NCBI RefSeq assembly: GCF_964355755.1
Contig: NC_092676.1
Location: 2,051,788-2,115,787 of the forward strand
DNA length: 64,000 nt
Reading direction: 5' to 3'
From: Antedon mediterranea
Taxonomy: Eukaryota; Animalia; Echinodermata
Under the pieces are notes generated by a model. That model was not told where the DNA came from and searched no databases. It saw only the letters and a program-made list of their open reading frames with translations. Of this stretch, positions 61,831 through 64,000 are shown piece after piece. Position 1 is the first letter of the stretch; each line of letters opens with the position of its first letter. A program made the position numbers and the translations under genes.

Positions 61831-64000
61831 TATTTTGTCACAAATTGAAAGCTCATAATCCTAACTCTTCAACCTGTTATTGAAACTAGGGAGTTGTATT
61901 AACAAATACCTGCTGAAACTATTGATATAAGTATACTACTAGTACTACGTCCCTTTCCCCACCCTTTTTTCACGATGTTATTTCCAATAATGATTTCATA
62001 ATTCTAAGGGTCATATAATAACCTATATCAACAGATGTGACCTGCTGCTGCCCTCAAGGTGAATCTCAAGTGTCTAGTGTATAAGCGCCCTAATCTTTAC
62101 ATTTCTGATATTATGACAAGGACATCTGACATATGCATTACATTGAAAACAGCAGGTATATTGATGACGACAATGACGAGTACGATTCCTGATATAATTA
62201 TACAATAGAAATCAACTTGTTGGTAGGGAATTACCACAAAATCTAGCATAATATTAATACCTAATAAATTGTATTGTCGCGCTGAAAAAAATAATTTTTT
62301 TACATTTTTGTTGTTGAATATGCCATACCTATTATGTGACATTGTTTTCCAAAAAAAAAAATAAAAAAAAAAATGTATTTACATGAAAATTAAAGTAAAA
62401 AATAGTCAAATTGGCTGCCAGCCCAATGGGTTTTTGGGTGAATTTGACCATTTATTTTGTCATTTTATATGAAAAAACATTATCTTTTTCATTTTTTTCC
62501 GGGAAGGGATTAACTTTATTAAAACTACAAAATAACCTATTCATTTATTAATCTTCATTTTTCATATTTTTTGGGGGACAATACATCTTTAATAATAGTA
62601 TTATGATTAATAATTCATGAAATCAGGAAAAAATGTATTACTTCTTTCTAACTACAGTATCATTACTATACTAAAAAAATGTAAAGGATAAACTGAATTT
62701 AGATTGTAATAGCTCCATAGAAACAACTAATATAATACCAATACAAAAGAAATCGACTTGTTGTTAATCTATCTAATATCTAGCATAACATAAACAATAA
62801 CAACATGTTTATTACTAATACAGTATTATGATTAATAATTTAATATATGAAATCATGAAAACACTGTAATTATTTCTTTCTAACTATCATACTATACTAC
62901 TAGTGTATTACTATACTACTAGTGTATTACTATACTACTAATTTCAAATGTAAGTATTAATGTTTGTATTAAAGACAACTCATTTTGAATAATACATATT
63001 CAATCCCACAATCTAATACAACTACATTCGCTATTACAGTATTGCTAATGTAAATTCTTTGAAGTAGTTGATTTTTCCAGGTAAATTCAAATACATTTGT
63101 TTATTATTATTTATAATAATATTAAAAATCATAACATTCATTGCTTGTTTACCTTTCTGCTTGAGTAAATCGTGTGTGTGTGTGTGTTGTAGACCAATTA
63201 TCAGAGATAGCCTGTCTGTGGTTTTGACCACACCAAGTACCTGATTGTGGTTAGTATTGTTTACTGATCTACCACACTTAATAAATAGTTACTTAAAATG
63301 AAAAGTGGAGTCATTAATTAACTTATTAATTGATTTATACAACTTTTGATTAGTGGTAATAACAATAATATTTATTTAGTAATCATACTATATAGTGTAC
63401 TAAAGTATTACCAGATATAGATCAATTAATTTAATCAAACAGAATAATCATATTCATGTAGAATCTTTGTCCATATGATAATATAATGGACTGTATGTAT
63501 CTATTTTTAATTTTTAGAAATTAACAAGGTATAAATTAATAAATTTATTATAATTATTGAATAGCTCACCAAAATTACTAACTGCAGCGTTGCGCGTCGA
63601 GAAAACGAAAAGTCGTTATGCAATACTGGACTGTACATCTATATTTAATTTATACGATTAACAAAGTAAAAATTTATTATAAATTATTAAATATAATACC
63701 AAAATTACTAACAGAGGCGTTAATTCTGTAAGTACAATCTGAGGCAACTTGAATCAAATACCGAAAGTTAAAAACGTTAATAATTCAATTGATATTAATC
63801 ATTATAGTAATAATTCAAGTTGAATGTTCACCAATATGGCAATGACCTGGGAATACACAGCTTATTTAAATACAAACTATCATGACTACACTATCATATC
63901 TACAGTCTTAATTTTCACTTGTTGATTGTTTATCAAACGTTGATGACCTTGGAATCTTAGCGTGTATATTTATACGTGGGCGGACATTTATACGCAGCCG

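Overview
AT-rich, intron-containing animal genomic DNA, probably a marine invertebrate (the taxon cannot be fixed from sequence alone). Three conserved genes are present: (1) the 3' part of an axonemal outer-arm dynein heavy chain (DNAH5/DNAH8 type; + strand, 31 exons, 264-31340); (2) a complete Runx gene (+, 35054-48163, ending VWRPY), with a candidate alternative last exon lacking VWRPY; (3) the last two exons of ATE1 (- strand, 54787-55285), which the ORF track misses. The standout is inside a 12-kb dynein intron (2732-14720). It holds an antisense, head-to-tail array of about 9 intronless genes/pseudogenes for type-I membrane proteins: signal peptide, two Ig-like domains, Thr-rich stalk, TM helix, Tyr-motif tail. 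Six units have their own exactly spaced TATA/Inr promoter. The copies are sequence mosaics of one another and fall into long-tail and short-tail classes. In the short-tail class a single C>T change creates both a stop codon and an AATAAA signal. This looks like a fast-evolving, possibly immune or recognition, receptor family. The rest is MITEs, SINE/LINE fragments and minisatellites. All family assignments come from motif recognition by eye; no database searches were run.
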